Shown: positions 62,363-64,000 of the stretch, piece after piece
How the letters are laid out: each line of letters opens with the position of its first letter
Numbering within the stretch: the first letter of the stretch is position 1
Assembly: GCF_963921235.1 (NCBI RefSeq)
Contig: NC_086100.1
Location: 199,766,001-199,830,000, forward strand
Direction: 5' to 3'
Length of the DNA stretch: 64,000 nucleotides
Source: Mobula hypostoma
Lineage: Eukaryota
Translations under genes and position numbers: made by a program
The notes under the pieces: generated by a model
Told to the model about the DNA's origin: nothing
The model's input: only the letters and a program-made list of their open reading frames with translations
The model's database searches: none

Positions 62363-63629
62363 AAGGACTTGGGAGGAATACTGAATGGAAAGAATTGAGA
62401 GAAGAGAGTCGGGAGAGAGAAGAATAAAGGTGCCATTAGAGGTCGGTATAGGATATGGAACCAGAATGAGATGGGCTCAGAGAGTTGCATGGGAGACCGT
62501 GTATGCCCATGTCAAAAAAGACACGCGCATCCCTCTTCCTTTTCTCTCTTCAGCTCAGATGGGAGAGATGTGGCTGCCCCCTGTAGTAGTCCAGCTACAG
62601 TACATCCATCCTTTTGACCCTTCACCTTACCCCAGTTCTAACCCCAGCCGTCCTCATCATATCCCCCACATCAAATTTTAATCAGTATTGTCTGGTCTGG
62701 CGTTCACGGCCTTTAGGAAGCCACTGTTCAGAGCTGCACTCCAAACTGAATCCACGATTTATACTCAGATTTGAAGACTCGTGGCCCAAGTAATTTGCTA
62801 AATGTAAATGTTTAAACTGAAAAAAATCACTCCAACAGTCCCTCCTGACAAAATTAAAATTTAGACTAAGAACAGCCAACCTTAAGGAGGATCTATTTAA
62901 ACAGGGCAGCAGAAATGCCCTGCCTAGGGATTCTGGCCCCACTGTTACTTTATCTGCATCTACATCTACCCTGTCATCCCTAATCGCTACCTACAAAATG
63001 CTAACCAGAGAGATTGTTCCAGGAATTTGAACAACGTTCTTTCAAAATGCATCTTTGTTCATATGCCTGTTGGCTAATTGCAGCTTAATCACATTCCTTG
63101 TCTTCACCCCTTCATTCTCTGTTAGCTAAAGCTCTCTCTTTCCAGGGGCACCAGCAAGGCAAATGCATCAGGCTCACAGGCCCTCTCAGTGATGTACAGG
63201 AGGGTGAGGTGGTCTCAGTTTGAATGACTGCAAGGACCTCTCCCTGGTGGCACCCCCTTCTGAACTATCCAGTCGATCACTGGCCCGGATGCTGAAAGGG
63301 CTCAGCTCATTAGTATTCACTCGCCATTCAGGCCGGGGGCGACTGTTGTCAGATGCCATGTGCAATCTCTTCTTGGTCTGCCATATTACTGAAGTTGTGG
63401 AACCTGCTTTAACTTAAATCCCTCCCCATATATTTTCCCCAATATATTTTCCATTTTATGTTATTCAACTAATCATCTACCTTCAGCAACCAGCCTTCAT
63501 TACAGAGTCCTGTTATCATCACACTTTATCTTGTTATTCACAGGTTTCTGCCACACTTTGGTGTCTTCTGAGTTGGCATTTCCTCTGGGTTTCCTATTTT
63601 TCTTGCAACTGTCTGCTATCTCTGTACAA

Positions 63630-63960
63630 ATTTGTTCCTCCAGATCCCACTAAGTATTGGGTGACCAGCAATAAAATCCCTTTATCATGATCGTCCTTTC
63701 CTTATTCCTCAGTTCCGCCCATAAATCTTCAGTAGATGTGCCTACCAGTCTGTCCTTTCTGAGCACCGCCGTGACATTTTCCCTGACAATTAATGTCACC
63801 CTTTAACCCTCCAGGTCGATCTGTCTCTTACTTACAGGTTCCACCTTCCCTGGAAGGGAGCCCAATGATCCAAAATCTAACGCCCTCCCTCTTGTATGAT
63901 CCCCTTAGCCACATATTAAACTGCTTCCTATTTCTGCCCTCGCTAGCACTTGGCATGAGG
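63630..63960 (-). mobile_element. Degenerate CR1 ORF1/EN fragments
   Basis: Similar to 46900-47100 and 30850-30960. Confidence 0.65.
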
Positions 63961-64000
63961 TTAATGACTAATAAAGACATACCATAATGTCCACATTCCT

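Noticed and set aside
63125..63420. Possible exon (ctctctttccag|GGG...GG|gtgagg) and short ORFs
   Set aside because: No recognisable protein similarity or partner exon in the window

Overview
Repeat-saturated vertebrate genomic DNA, most likely a cartilaginous fish and probably a ray (inferred from the CR1-dominated landscape, an HE1/V-SINE-type element and Penelope remnants). Most of the window is nested retroelements: many CR1 LINEs plus L1, Nimb/I, Rex1/Babar, RTE-derived short elements, Penelope, a Ty3/Gypsy chromovirus, a solo LTR and a 5' LTR with a tRNA-Lys PBS. Host content is all on the + strand and looks innate-immune. (i) Five related copies of a ~300-bp promoter-like cassette at 0.7-15 kb, with E-box, GAS-like, IRF-like and TATA-like motifs and a 71-nt GT-AG mini-intron (motifs degenerate in some copies). 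(ii) A decayed URGCP/very-large-GTPase-family gene, possibly with an N-terminal CARD, split by nested insertions (37.5-46.6 kb). (iii) An apolipoprotein L gene (55.5-57.3 kb) with one frameshift in its last exon. All assignments come from reading motifs by eye; no searches were run, and repeat boundaries are approximate unless target-site duplications are given.
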